Assembly (NCBI GenBank): GCA_965209055.1
Contig: OZ242374.1
Location: 4,928,001 to 4,992,000, forward strand
Reading direction: 5' to 3'
From: Acidobacteriota bacterium
GTDB lineage: Bacteria > Acidobacteriota > UBA6911 > RPQK01 > JAJDTT01
Length of the DNA stretch: 64,000 bases
Within the stretch, counting starts at the first letter, position 1. Every line of letters starts with the position of its first letter. The translations under genes were made by a program, and so were the position numbers. The notes under the pieces were generated by a model. It was not told the DNA's origin. It was given only the letters and a program-made list of their open reading frames with translations, and did no database searches. Below, one piece after another: positions 49,899 through 60,321 of this stretch.

Positions 49899-50023
49899 GA
49901 AGCCTCCCGGCCCTGAATGAGTTCCGGCTCAGTCTACTACGACTGGGAGCCGAGGCGCGAAGGATCAGTGGAGGTCGACTGGAACGTCTCTCCGTTGCCG
50001 CTTGTCCGTCTCGGTTTGAACCA

Positions 50024-51268
50024 CTACAGCCGTGTGACCCGCACCCGCAGGAGGAGGCAGTACGCGGCGACTCCTCCCATCAGTACGCTTCCCACCAAAA
50101 GGGCGAAGGGTGCGGAGACCCGGGAGGCCAGCAGTCCTGCCACCAGATTTCCGACTGGCATCCCTCCCCTCATGGCCAGATTGAAGATGCTCAGGACTCG
50201 CCCGCGCATCTCTTCCGTCGTGGCTTCCTGGACCAGCGTCATGACGGAGGCAAAGAGCACCATCAGGCAGACTCGGCAGAGGAAGAGAAGCAGCAGCCCC
50301 AGGTAGAGGTTCGTGGAGACGGCGAACAGGGCCAATAGCAGGGCCAGGACGACCTGGACCTGAATGCTGAACCGGCCTCTGCGGGTCATCCATCCCAGGT
50401 TGGCCGAAATCAGTGCCCCCACCACCGCTCCAATGCCCGAGCAGGTCATCATCCCGGCATACCCCTCGGGCCCCATGCCGTAGATGTCCCGCGCGTAGAC
50501 CGGCAGGAGCATCGTCATGGGAAGGGCGCTGAAAGTCAGGACGAAACCCAGAAAACTCAGTTGCCAGAGCGCCTTGCGGGCCCGTACGAAACGGAGGCCG
50601 TTCCGGATCCCTTCCCAGACCGTCTCCTTCCTGGCGGCGGGCCGGAAACTGCTCTTTATGAGGTAGAGGCTGCAGATCACCGCCACAAAGGAGAGCCCGT
50701 TGAGTCCGAAACAGGCGACAGCGCCATAGGAGGTCATGATCAACCCGGCCAGGACCGGTCCGATGACCAGAGCGAGATTGAACTGGATCGAATTCAGCGC
50801 AACCGCGTTGGCCATGTCCCGGCGTTTCACCAGGCCGGGAATCAGAGCGGCAAAGGCCGGAGCACCGAACGCCTGGGCGGTCCCCACCACCGTCACCAGG
50901 ACCAGGAAATGCCACAGCTCGACCTCGCCGGCGAAGACCAGAAGCGTCAGGATGAACGCCGAGACCATCTGGCCGTACTGGGAGAAGAGCAGAAGCTTTC
51001 TGCGGTCCACCCGATCGGCGGCGGCTCCTCCCACAAGGGCCAGCAGGACGATGGGCATTTGAGACAGAAAACCGATCAAACCCAGATAGAAGGGGGAGTT
51101 GGTCAGGGTGAGGACCAGCCAGGACTGGGCCGTCGTCTGCATCCAGGTCCCGATGGCGGAGGTGCAGGCGCCGGTCCACATCAAGCGGAAATCGCGGTAC
51201 CGGAAGGCCTGAAAGGTTCGCAGAAAAACGCCGGCCCGGGATGGAGGAGCCGATTCCGAGTCTCCCAT
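50024..51268 (-). CDS. MFS transporter (MFS_3/DHA3-like)
   Basis: About 12 hydrophobic segments; GTWMQ, GGAAADRVDRRK and EMRGRV motifs. Confidence 0.9.
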   Translation of the reverse strand: MGDSESAPPSRAGVFLRTFQAFRYRDFRLMWTGACTSAIGTWMQTTAQSWLVLTLTNSPFYLGLIGFLSQMPIVLLALVGGAAADRVDRRKLLLFSQYGQMVSAFILTLLVFAGEVELWHFLVLVTVVGTAQAFGAPAFAALIPGLVKRRDMANAVALNSIQFNLALVIGPVLAGLIMTSYGAVACFGLNGLSFVAVICSLYLIKSSFRPAARKETVWEGIRNGLRFVRARKALWQLSFLGFVLTFSALPMTMLLPVYARDIYGMGPEGYAGMMTCSGIGAVVGALISANLGWMTRRGRFSIQVQVVLALLLALFAVSTNLYLGLLLLFLCRVCLMVLFASVMTLVQEATTEEMRGRVLSIFNLAMRGGMPVGNLVAGLLASRVSAPFALLVGSVLMGGVAAYCLLLRVRVTRL

Positions 51269-51326
51269 GGCGCCGGTATTATGGCTTTCCCGTGCCGCAC
51301 ACGGCAACGGCGGACGGCGCAGCCTC

Positions 51327-52427
51327 TCACGGGCTGAAGAGAAACTCCACCACGTCTCCGTCCTGTATCTCGTAATCCCTGCCCTCGGTGCGGATCAGGC
51401 CCTTCTGGTGCATCTCTTTCCAGTCCCCGGTCCGGCAGAGCTCCGGGCCGGACACAACCTGGGCACGGATGAATCCTTGTTCCATGTCGGTGTGGATCTT
51501 TCCGGCCGCCCGGACGGCCGGTGTGCCCCGGGGAATCTCCCAGGCCCGGAGCTTTTTTCGGGCGATGGTGTAGAAGGTCACCAGATCCAGGATTTGGAAC
51601 CCCCGTCTGATCAGCCGTTCCGGACCCGGGGCCGGCAGGTCCAGTTCGTTCAGGAACTCCTCCCTGTCCTCGGGATCCAACTGCTGAAGTTCATGATCCA
51701 GGGATGCCGAGACCACCAGAACCGGGTTCGGGCCGGCGGGAGCCACCTCCGCCCTGAGCGACCGGACGCAGGGCTGGTCCTCGCCGAGCGAATAGTCCTC
51801 CTCGGCGACGTTGGCCACATAGACGACAGGCTTGCCCGTCAACAGCCCGAGTCCTTTGAGGCGCCGCTGTGCCTGCGGGTCCAGGTCCAGCGACCTGAGG
51901 GGAACCCCCTCTTCCAGGCATCGTTGGAAAAGAAGAAACTGCTCCTTCTCCCGGGCATGGGTCCGGGGATCGGTCCTCCACGTGTTTTGCTGCTTGGAGA
52001 CGATCCGGCCAAGGACCTCCAAGTCGGCCAACATCAGTTCCGTTTCCACGACCGACACGTCCCGGGCGGGGTCCACCCGATCCAGGACATGGACGATATC
52101 CGGCTCCGGGAAACAGCGCACCAAGTGGACGAGAGCGTCGACCTGCCGGATATGACCGAGGAACTGGTTCCCCAGGCCCTCGCCCCGGCTGGCGCCCCGC
52201 ACCAGGCCGGCGATGTCGATGCACTGCACGAAACAGGGCGTGCACTCGCTGGGCGCCAGCAACCGCTCCAAGTCCCGGAGCCGCGGGTCCGGGACCGGCA
52301 CCTGGCCCACATTCTGGTCGATGGTGGCGAAGGGATAGTTGGATACGCCCGCCGCGCCCGAGGTCAGCGCGTTGAAGAGGGTGGACTTGCCCACGTTGGG
52401 CAGGCCGACGATCCCCAGCGAGAGCAT
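51327..52427 (-). CDS. ychF: Redox-regulated ATPase YchF (Obg family)
   Basis: GIVGLPNVGKSTLFNALT, NYPF, DIAGLV, GEGLGNQFL and C-terminal TGS domain. Confidence 0.95.
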   Translation of the reverse strand: MLSLGIVGLPNVGKSTLFNALTSGAAGVSNYPFATIDQNVGQVPVPDPRLRDLERLLAPSECTPCFVQCIDIAGLVRGASRGEGLGNQFLGHIRQVDALVHLVRCFPEPDIVHVLDRVDPARDVSVVETELMLADLEVLGRIVSKQQNTWRTDPRTHAREKEQFLLFQRCLEEGVPLRSLDLDPQAQRRLKGLGLLTGKPVVYVANVAEEDYSLGEDQPCVRSLRAEVAPAGPNPVLVVSASLDHELQQLDPEDREEFLNELDLPAPGPERLIRRGFQILDLVTFYTIARKKLRAWEIPRGTPAVRAAGKIHTDMEQGFIRAQVVSGPELCRTGDWKEMHQKGLIRTEGRDYEIQDGDVVEFLFSP

Positions 52428-52461
52428 TGGATCATTTTAGAGGAATGAGGAAAGAGGAGCG

Positions 52462-55089
52462 TCACGGCGCTTTTCCCAAGGACAACAGATTGGCCCAGAG
52501 CCGGAAGGCGCCCGGCACACCGGCGGGGAGTTGCCTGAAAAACCCCAGGCCGGTATAGGCATAGGTCCCCTTCCCGTAGCGGGCCACGACCAGGGCTCCA
52601 CGCTTGGCCTCGGGGTTGTAAGGGAAGGGGTCCCGCAACTCGAGCAACGGTCGATAGGCCGGGTCCCATTCCCCCAAAAAGTAGAGACCCCGTTCCTGGA
52701 CCCATCCCTCCCAATCGGCATCGGTGATGGTGTTCGGCCAGGTCAGCGCAGGATGATCGGGCTCCAGGACTCGCACCGGCGACGTCTCGTCCGTGACCCG
52801 ATCGTGGGGACGGTGAATGCGAGCCGGGTAGGGACCGTACTGCTCCCGGTTGAATTCGTACTTGTTGTACTGGACCAGCAAATGCCCGCCCTGGCGCACA
52901 TATTCCAGAAGCCGATGGTTGTTGGATCTCAGGTCGGCGCGGTTCAGATAGGCCCGGACACCGGTGGCGATGACGTCGAAACCGGACAGGTCTCCCTCGG
53001 CCAGATCCGAGGCGTCCAGGAAGTTGAGTTCCAATCCCAGATCCTCGATCGCGGCCGGGACCTGATCGCCGACTCCCATCACGTAGCCGACCCGGACCGG
53101 GGCCACCTTCACATCGAACGCCTGGACCAGCGACCGGGCCTGCCGATAGAGGTGCCGGGTCTCGACATGATGGTAGTCGATGGACCGGTAGCCCTGGGAG
53201 TAGGTCCTGCCTCCGACTCTCGCCCGGGCGTCGAGCCGGTAGCTGCCCGGTTCGAGATATTGCGGCGGCTCCACTTCAAATTTGACGGTAGCGGTCTCCC
53301 CCTCCCGCCGGAACGACAGATCGCGAGTCCGCGGTTGCACCCGCCAGCCCGCCGGAGCCAGCAACTCCACGACCGTATCGAGACTCCCGGGACTCTCGTT
53401 CTCTACGCGGACGTGAAAGATCTTCCCTTGCGTGGCGCCCGGAACGAAGATCCGGACCTCCGGCTCCAACTCGAGAGTCACATCCGGGACCACCTGGAGT
53501 TCCCGCCGCCTCTCGCCGCCGATCACCGGGTCGAACCAGCGGTACCGGACCGGAACCTCGGCGCTGGCTTCGACACCGTCCGAGACATACGTGACCTGGG
53601 CTTTCAAAGCTGACGGACTCACCGCCTCGACGCCGCTGAAACCTTCGCGGACCGAAAAAAGATCGATTTTCGAATCGGGCCGAAACCAGTACGGCTGCGT
53701 GTAGCCGGCTTCGGCCGGGACCGTGGCCCGGAACTCGCTGATGGGACCGGATCTTCCCAGGCTCCGGACGTTCCAATCTCCGGCGCCCGACAACTGAACC
53801 GAGCGCAGGCGTGCCGGACTCCCGGAACGGCTCAGAAAGCGGACCTGGACCAGCAGTTCTTCTCCCGGATTGACGCGGCCGTCCCGGCTCTGGCGGACCA
53901 GTGCGTCCAGGTAGATGAAGTGCCCCCGGCGGGCGGCCGCAAGAAAGTCCTGCTCCTTGGCTCGAAGCAGAAATCGAGCCTCGGCATTGCCGGTCCGGGC
54001 TGCCAATTCCCGGACCAGCGCCAAGCCATGCATGACTCCCGCAGCCGCCTGATCGAGATGAGACTCGGCGTAGTCGTCCCGGATCTGCCCGATCAGACGT
54101 TGGAGTTTCTCCAGGCCGCCGGCCAACTCCCGATCATGCCGGGCCACTCTCATCAATGAGATATCGAGGCCGCCGAAGAAGCCGGTTCCGTCACCCAGAT
54201 CCGTATCGCCCTCGATCAGACGGAAGTAAGCCGTACGCGATCCTGGCTCGGGCAGGACGTTCATCCCTTGGCAGCGATGGCTGCTCCGGGCCCGGGCTCC
54301 AAACTCGGCGTACGATTCTCCCAGCAGCGGATCATATTCGCCCACTTCGATGGCGGCCGTCCGGCTCGATGCGGAACTTCCATCACCCCAAGCCCACCCC
54401 ACACCCGGCGACTGATACAGGCGGGATGGCTGCCAGGTCCGAAGGCCTTCCTCAAGCTGTTCCGGGAAACGAGAGGCGTCCGAGGCCAACTCGAAGGCCT
54501 GCGCCGCCAGACGCCCCGACGCCTGGTGGTGTTGTCCCCCACCCGCGCCATGGGGGTTGAGGGTCAGGATCACGTCCGGCCGGAACTCCCGGATCACCCG
54601 GACCACGTCCCGCAGCACCTCCTCGCCCCAGCGTTGCAAGGTTTCCTCGACGCTGAAGGAGTAGCCAAATTCATAGGCCCGGGTGAAGTACGGGCGAGCG
54701 CCGTCGAAACGATGCACCCGCATGAGTTCCTGGGTCCTGAGCACTCCCAGAGCTTCGAACAGTTCCGGTCCGATCTCGTTCTGTCCTCCGTCTCCCCGGG
54801 TCAGGCTCAAAAGCGCGGTACGGATCCCGAGCCCCCGGCTCACCTTGGCCAGGACGGCGTTGTGTTCGTCGTCGGGGTGGGCCGTGATGTAAAGCAGAGA
54901 ACCCGTGGGCGGGAGACGCCGCAACGCCAAGCCGAAGCCGGTCAGCCCCTGGTCCTCTTCCAACTCCAGCGGAGTCGCGGCCAGTGGAATGGAGAACACT
55001 GACAGCAGGAAGAGCACCGCCGGGAAAAGCGTTCCGCTTCCGGATCGTGCTGTCTCGCAACGGTTGATTTCAAGTCTTTCGGGATCCAT
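52462..55089 (-). CDS. PIG-L/LmbE family deacetylase with Ig-like and glutamine-amidotransferase-like domains
   Basis: AHPDDE, LTRGDGGQN, GQHHQAS, SHRCQGM, WVQERGLYF and FFRQLPAGVPGA motifs. Confidence 0.88.
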   Translation of the reverse strand: MDPERLEINRCETARSGSGTLFPAVLFLLSVFSIPLAATPLELEEDQGLTGFGLALRRLPPTGSLLYITAHPDDEHNAVLAKVSRGLGIRTALLSLTRGDGGQNEIGPELFEALGVLRTQELMRVHRFDGARPYFTRAYEFGYSFSVEETLQRWGEEVLRDVVRVIREFRPDVILTLNPHGAGGGQHHQASGRLAAQAFELASDASRFPEQLEEGLRTWQPSRLYQSPGVGWAWGDGSSASSRTAAIEVGEYDPLLGESYAEFGARARSSHRCQGMNVLPEPGSRTAYFRLIEGDTDLGDGTGFFGGLDISLMRVARHDRELAGGLEKLQRLIGQIRDDYAESHLDQAAAGVMHGLALVRELAARTGNAEARFLLRAKEQDFLAAARRGHFIYLDALVRQSRDGRVNPGEELLVQVRFLSRSGSPARLRSVQLSGAGDWNVRSLGRSGPISEFRATVPAEAGYTQPYWFRPDSKIDLFSVREGFSGVEAVSPSALKAQVTYVSDGVEASAEVPVRYRWFDPVIGGERRRELQVVPDVTLELEPEVRIFVPGATQGKIFHVRVENESPGSLDTVVELLAPAGWRVQPRTRDLSFRREGETATVKFEVEPPQYLEPGSYRLDARARVGGRTYSQGYRSIDYHHVETRHLYRQARSLVQAFDVKVAPVRVGYVMGVGDQVPAAIEDLGLELNFLDASDLAEGDLSGFDVIATGVRAYLNRADLRSNNHRLLEYVRQGGHLLVQYNKYEFNREQYGPYPARIHRPHDRVTDETSPVRVLEPDHPALTWPNTITDADWEGWVQERGLYFLGEWDPAYRPLLELRDPFPYNPEAKRGALVVARYGKGTYAYTGLGFFRQLPAGVPGAFRLWANLLSLGKAP

Positions 55090-55193
55090 AGACCGAACTC
55101 TCCAGACTCGGATTCGAGGTATGTACGAAGCCGCGGTCGGCGCAGGCTGGCGCCAAACCTGTAGAATCATACCAGTCTCGGAACGGGGGCGGC

Positions 55194-56030
55194 ATGGGCG
55201 ACACCTATTGGGCAGCGGCGGTCCAGATGACCTCGGGAGAGGACAAGGAGCGCAATCTGGAGACCGCCGAGCGGCTGGTCCGGGAAGCTGCCGAGCGGGG
55301 TGCCCGGCTGGTGGCGTTGCCGGAACTCTTCAACTGCCTGGGCCGCAAGGAACAGGTGATCCGCGCCGCCGAGCCGGTCCCGGGTCCCACCAGCCGAAGG
55401 ATGGGTGATCTGGCGCGCCGTCTCCGGATCACTTTGTTGGCCGGCAGCCTCTGCGAGCGCGCCGAGGGCCGGGACCGGGTCTATAACACCAGTCTTCTTT
55501 TCGACGGCTCGGGATCCCTCCTGGCCCGTTACCGCAAGATCCACCTCTTCGACGTGGACCTGCCTGGAAGGGTGTCCTACCAGGAGTCGAGTTGGATGGC
55601 TCCCGGCCGCGACGTCGTCTCCGCCGAAACGGACCATGGCCGCCTGGGCCTTTCCATCTGCTACGATCTGCGCTTCCCGGAACTGTATCGGAGTCTCGTT
55701 GTCCGGGGCTGCCGGATCCTGCTGGTCCCGTCGGCCTTCTCGCTGCCCACGGGGCGGGATCACTGGGAGGTCCTTTTGCGCAGCCGCGCCATCGAGAATC
55801 AGGCCTACGTCATCGCGCCCAATCAGTGCGGCCGGCACACGCCTGCATTCGCCACCTGCGGACGTTCCGCCATCATCGATCCCTGGGGAGTTTCCCTGGC
55901 CGTGGCTCCCGACGGCGAAGGTGTGATCCTGGCCCGGCTGGATGCCCGGCGTCAGGAGACCATTCGCCGGGAACTCCCCGCCCTGAGCCACCGGAGACTT
56001 GACCCCGCCGGATCGACTAAGCGAATATGA
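55194..56030 (+). CDS. Carbon-nitrogen hydrolase (Nit1-like deaminated-glutathione amidase)
   Basis: LPE, YRKIHLFD, SICYDLRFPE and RAIEN, giving the Glu-Lys-Cys triad. Confidence 0.92.
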   Translation: MGDTYWAAAVQMTSGEDKERNLETAERLVREAAERGARLVALPELFNCLGRKEQVIRAAEPVPGPTSRRMGDLARRLRITLLAGSLCERAEGRDRVYNTSLLFDGSGSLLARYRKIHLFDVDLPGRVSYQESSWMAPGRDVVSAETDHGRLGLSICYDLRFPELYRSLVVRGCRILLVPSAFSLPTGRDHWEVLLRSRAIENQAYVIAPNQCGRHTPAFATCGRSAIIDPWGVSLAVAPDGEGVILARLDARRQETIRRELPALSHRRLDPAGSTKRI

Positions 56031-56120
56031 CATTCAGTTCATGCATTTTTTTGCCCGTTCGTTCTTGGGCAATAGTCCCTGCTGCATCGAGAACGGGGGT
56101 CCTTCAAAAAGGGGTAAATC

Positions 56121-57065
56121 ATGAAGAAATCAACGTGCCTGATCGTTAGCGCCGTCGCGGCGTTTCTCCTCACGGCGGTGGATCTGCCGGCCAGGAAGAT
56201 GAAGGCGGACCAACTGGTCGCCCTCCATCTGAAGTCCATCGGCGAGAACCTGGTCTGGAAGAACCGGGTGGCCCAGGGATTGGGCACCATGGACATCCGG
56301 GTCGGAGGCCAGGGCAAGCTGGGCGGGCCCGCCATGGTGTTGGCGGAAGCGGACAAGATCCGGACCAGCTTCAATTTCGGGCATACCCAATACCCACAGG
56401 AGACCCTCATCCGCAATGGGGACAAGGTGGACGTCGCCTACATCAGCCCGGGCGTCCGCTCTCAACTGGGGACGGCCCTCTGGAACAACTTTCCCCGGCT
56501 GGCTCAGGAGGGACTCTACGGAGGAGTCCTCTCCACCGACTGGGCGCTGCTGAACCTGAAGAAGAAGCGGGCCAAGGTCCGCTACCGGGGACTCAAGAAG
56601 TTCGAAGGGAAAGAGCTGCACGAACTGGAGTACAAGCCCAAGAAGGGGGTGGACTACCGCATCCGCCTCTACTTCGAACCTGAGACCTTCCGCCACGTTG
56701 CCAGCAGCTACCGGCTCTCGGTGCCGGGTGGAATGGGGCGAGGATTGGTGGACATTGCAGGCGACGGCCGCACTGGTGGAGGCGGCGGCGCGGGAGGTGC
56801 TACGGCTCCGGGAGGCGGAGGATTCTCGGGACCACAGTACAATACTCGTCCGGGTCCCACCGACGGGCCGTCGAACCAGAACCGGATCAACCTGTTCGAG
56901 ACCTTCTCGGACTTCAAGCAGGTCGATGGGCTGACCTTGCCGCATCTTTACCGGATCACCCTCAACGTCGACGCCCAATCCGGTTTCGTCGGACACTGGG
57001 AGATCAAGATCGAGCGCATGTCGCACAATCGTAAGATCGCCGCCAGGGCCTTCGACATCAAGTAG
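56121..57065 (+). CDS. Secreted hypothetical protein, paralogue 1 (possible LolA-like fold)
   Basis: Signal peptide; shares LYFEPET..HV, FS.FK.VDGLTLPH and QEGLY.G motifs with paralogues 2-4. Confidence 0.8.
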   Translation: MKKSTCLIVSAVAAFLLTAVDLPARKMKADQLVALHLKSIGENLVWKNRVAQGLGTMDIRVGGQGKLGGPAMVLAEADKIRTSFNFGHTQYPQETLIRNGDKVDVAYISPGVRSQLGTALWNNFPRLAQEGLYGGVLSTDWALLNLKKKRAKVRYRGLKKFEGKELHELEYKPKKGVDYRIRLYFEPETFRHVASSYRLSVPGGMGRGLVDIAGDGRTGGGGGAGGATAPGGGGFSGPQYNTRPGPTDGPSNQNRINLFETFSDFKQVDGLTLPHLYRITLNVDAQSGFVGHWEIKIERMSHNRKIAARAFDIK

Positions 57066-57101
57066 GCGCCTGCAACTTCACGGCAGAGTCGACGGCTGAA
57101 T

Positions 57102-58019
57102 TTGGGACGGGGAATGATGAGCTGCAACCTCCATCCATCGGAGAGAGAGAAATTTACACGACCGTGGAGAATCTTCGGTGCGTTCGCCGCTGGCGCGCTT
57201 CTCTTGGCGACTCCGTTTGTATCAGCCAAGAAGATGAAGGCCGATGAGCTCGTCGCTCTCCACCTGAAAGCCGTCGGTGAGAATCTGGCCCGGAAGAATC
57301 GTGTCGCTCAAGGATTGGGAACCCTGGTCATCCGGGTGGGAAACAGGGCCAGGATGGTCGGTCCGGCCATGCTCCTGGCAGAGGGAAACAAACTCCGGAC
57401 CGAAATCAAGTTCGGCCATCCGCAATACGTGGGGGAGACCCTCATCCGCAACGGGGAGGAGTTGGACATTCCCTACGTCAGTCCAGGCGAACGGTCCCGA
57501 CTGGGGAGCACGCTTTGGGACTTCTTCCCCCGTCTGGCCCAAGAGGGACTCTACGGGGGGATCCTCTCCACCGACTGGGCGCTATTGGACCTGGCGAAAA
57601 GACGCGCCAGGGTCCGGTACCAAGGACTCAAGAAGTTCGAGGGTCGGAGACTTCACAGGTTGGAGTACCGGCCGAAGAACGGCGTCGACTACCGGATTCG
57701 GATCTACTTCGAACCGGAGACCTTTCGTCATGTGGCGAGCAGATACCGGTTGACCTTGCCGCCCGGCATGGGGCGGGGACTCGTAGACATTCGTGGAGGC
57801 GCATTTGGAGCCGGGGCCGGCCCCGCAGACAAGATCCGCATAACCTTGACGGAGACCTTTTCGGAATTCAAGGAAGTCGATGGGTTGACCCTGCCACATC
57901 AGTACAGGATTGGCCTGAACGCCTCTGCGATCGGCGGTTTCGTGGGACATTGGGAGATCAAGTTCGATCGCATGTTGCACGATATGCGGATTGCCGCTCG
58001 AGCCTTCGCCATCAAGTAG
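57102..58019 (+). CDS. Secreted hypothetical protein, paralogue 2
   Basis: Colinear with paralogue 1 throughout; start codon uncertain. Confidence 0.75.
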   Translation: MGRGMMSCNLHPSEREKFTRPWRIFGAFAAGALLLATPFVSAKKMKADELVALHLKAVGENLARKNRVAQGLGTLVIRVGNRARMVGPAMLLAEGNKLRTEIKFGHPQYVGETLIRNGEELDIPYVSPGERSRLGSTLWDFFPRLAQEGLYGGILSTDWALLDLAKRRARVRYQGLKKFEGRRLHRLEYRPKNGVDYRIRIYFEPETFRHVASRYRLTLPPGMGRGLVDIRGGAFGAGAGPADKIRITLTETFSEFKEVDGLTLPHQYRIGLNASAIGGFVGHWEIKFDRMLHDMRIAARAFAIK

Positions 58020-58099
58020 TCGTTGGGTGTCGATTCAAGGAAGAGCGAAGTTTCAGGAAGTTCGGATTGGGTAACGGCCGTATGAGCACGAGGTAAATC

Positions 58100-59053
58100 A
58101 TGCGAAATTGGGGATTCCGGATCGCTATCTTCGCCCTGTTGCCGCCGTTCGCGGCTGTGGATGCAGCGGCCAAGAAATTGAAGAAGGAGGAGCTGATCGC
58201 CCTCCATTTACAAGCCATCGGCGAGAACACCTCCCGGAAGAATCGGGTTGCCCAGGGTTCGGGCACCATGGACATCCGAGTGGGTGGCCAGGGCAATCTG
58301 AACGGCCGGGCCATGTTTTTGGCGGAGGGAGACAAGCTTCGGACCGCGCTGATCTTCAACCATGTCCAATACCCTAAGGAAACCCTGATCCGAAACGGCG
58401 ACCAACTGGATATCGCCTACATCACTCCCGGTGTCCGATCCCAACTGGGAACGGTCATCTGGGAGAACTTTCCCCGGCTGGTGCAGGAAGGACTCTACGC
58501 GGGCGTCCTATCCACCGACTGGGCCCTGCTCAACCTGAAGAACAAGCGGGCCAAGATCCGCTACCGGGGACTCAAGACATTCGAGGGCCGGCGGCTTCAC
58601 GAAGTCGACTACAAGCCCAGGAAAAAGGTCCGCTACCGGGTCCGGCTCTACTTCGAACCGGAGACCTACCGCCACGTGGCCAGCAAGTATCGGATCGTCG
58701 TTCCCCGTAGCGCCATGCGTGGCCTGACCAACATTTCCAGTGGAGGCGGGGCCCCGGTGGGCGCCGGCGGAGGAATTACTCCCGGAAGCCGCACCGTATC
58801 CGACGGTCGGGGCAGCCTGTTGGGGCAGATCGGAGGCCCGGGAGCCGGGGACGATCCCACAACCCGCAGCACCGTGGAACTGACGGAGAGGTTCTCGGAG
58901 TTCAAGGAGGTCGACGGTCTGACCCTGCCGCACTACTACCAGATCACTCTTAACGTCGACGCCAACACCGGATTCGTGGGCCATTGGGCGATGAAACTCA
59001 AACGCATGTCGCACAATCGTCAGATCTCGCCAAAGGCCTTCGCCATCCCGTAG
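58100..59053 (+). CDS. Secreted hypothetical protein, paralogue 3
   Basis: Colinear with paralogue 1; GAGGTAAATCATG start context. Confidence 0.8.
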   Translation: MRNWGFRIAIFALLPPFAAVDAAAKKLKKEELIALHLQAIGENTSRKNRVAQGSGTMDIRVGGQGNLNGRAMFLAEGDKLRTALIFNHVQYPKETLIRNGDQLDIAYITPGVRSQLGTVIWENFPRLVQEGLYAGVLSTDWALLNLKNKRAKIRYRGLKTFEGRRLHEVDYKPRKKVRYRVRLYFEPETYRHVASKYRIVVPRSAMRGLTNISSGGGAPVGAGGGITPGSRTVSDGRGSLLGQIGGPGAGDDPTTRSTVELTERFSEFKEVDGLTLPHYYQITLNVDANTGFVGHWAMKLKRMSHNRQISPKAFAIP

Positions 59054-59075
59054 CCGGGCGCAGGGATCAGGACCG

Positions 59076-60167
59076 ATGCAAGGAATCGCCGCCGTTTCGC
59101 TGGGCCCCCGAAAGGAGATGGTTTTCCGGGAATTCCCTCTTCCCGACGTGGGTCCCGACGACATTCTGGTCCGCGTGCGCCGCTCCAACATCTGCGGGTC
59201 GGACCTGCACATCTGGCACGGGCATGGTCCCGAGTTCACCCAGGGGGAGGGCTTCGTCCCGGGACATGAAATGGTGGGAGATGTCTTTCGCCTCGGGCGC
59301 CGGGTGAAAACCGACGTGTTGGGGCAACCCCTCGAGGAGGGCGACCGCATCGCCTACACCTACTTCCTTCCCTGCGGAAACTGCGCGGCCTGCATGGACG
59401 GATCGCCCGCCTGCCCCAACCGGTCCGACCATTGGTTCCAGGATGCCGCCGAGGCCCCTCACTTCAGGGGAGCCTACGGCGAGTATTACTACCTGCGCCG
59501 GGGACAGACGGTCTGCAAGGTCCCGCCCGGATTGAGCAACTCGGAGGTCTCTCCGGTCAATTGCGCCCTCTGCCAGGTGCTCTACGGACTGGACCAGATC
59601 GGGGTCCGCCTGGGCGACACCATCGTCGTCCAGGGCGCGGGCGGACTGGGACTGTACGCCTGCTCCCTGGCCAAGGAGATGGGGGCCGGCCAGGTCGTCG
59701 TCTTCGACCGGTTGGAGAGCCGGCTGGAGCTGGCCCGCTCCTTCGGCGCCGACCTTACGGTCAACATCGAATCCGTGAACCGGAAGAACCGTCGAGAGAT
59801 GATCATGGACCTGACTCGGGGCCAGGGCGCCGACGTGGTGGCCGAGTTCGCCGGATCCCCCCTGCCGGTGGAGGAAGGCGTGCACCTGCTCCGCCAGTTC
59901 GGCCGCTATCTCTGGGTGGGAAACGTCGCGCCGGGAAGGACCGCCGCCCTGGACCCGGCCATCAGTGTCCGGTCCGGGCACACCATCCGCGGAGTCATTG
60001 CCTACGCTCCGTGGGTGCTCCCCCGGGCCCTGGATTTTCTGGCCCGCCGGGGACATGCCTATCCGTTCGAGAAGATCATCTCTCATACATTCCCCCTGAC
60101 GGAGATCAACGAGGCCTTCGCCCTGGCCGACGAAGGCAAGGCCATCCGCGTCTCGCTGACCTCCTGA
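59076..60167 (+). CDS. Zinc-dependent medium-chain alcohol dehydrogenase
   Basis: ICGSDLH, GHE, CGNCAAC..C and QGAGGLG motifs. Confidence 0.92.
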   Translation: MQGIAAVSLGPRKEMVFREFPLPDVGPDDILVRVRRSNICGSDLHIWHGHGPEFTQGEGFVPGHEMVGDVFRLGRRVKTDVLGQPLEEGDRIAYTYFLPCGNCAACMDGSPACPNRSDHWFQDAAEAPHFRGAYGEYYYLRRGQTVCKVPPGLSNSEVSPVNCALCQVLYGLDQIGVRLGDTIVVQGAGGLGLYACSLAKEMGAGQVVVFDRLESRLELARSFGADLTVNIESVNRKNRREMIMDLTRGQGADVVAEFAGSPLPVEEGVHLLRQFGRYLWVGNVAPGRTAALDPAISVRSGHTIRGVIAYAPWVLPRALDFLARRGHAYPFEKIISHTFPLTEINEAFALADEGKAIRVSLTS

Positions 60168-60321
60168 TTCGACACAACGGAGGCTGTCGCAAGCCGTGTT
60201 TTTCGACTTCGTACCCGCCAGCGGCTCGAATGTCACGCCGCTCGCCGAAGCTTCGACATGAACCCTTCCGGCTCAGCGCCCATCTATTGTGGATGATGGC
60301 CGAATGACAAGGAGGTGAATC

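Noticed and set aside
58030-58041. GTCGATTCAAGG match to the IS5 left-end region
   Set aside because: A short match lacking the terminal GGAAGG and any partner end; probably chance.
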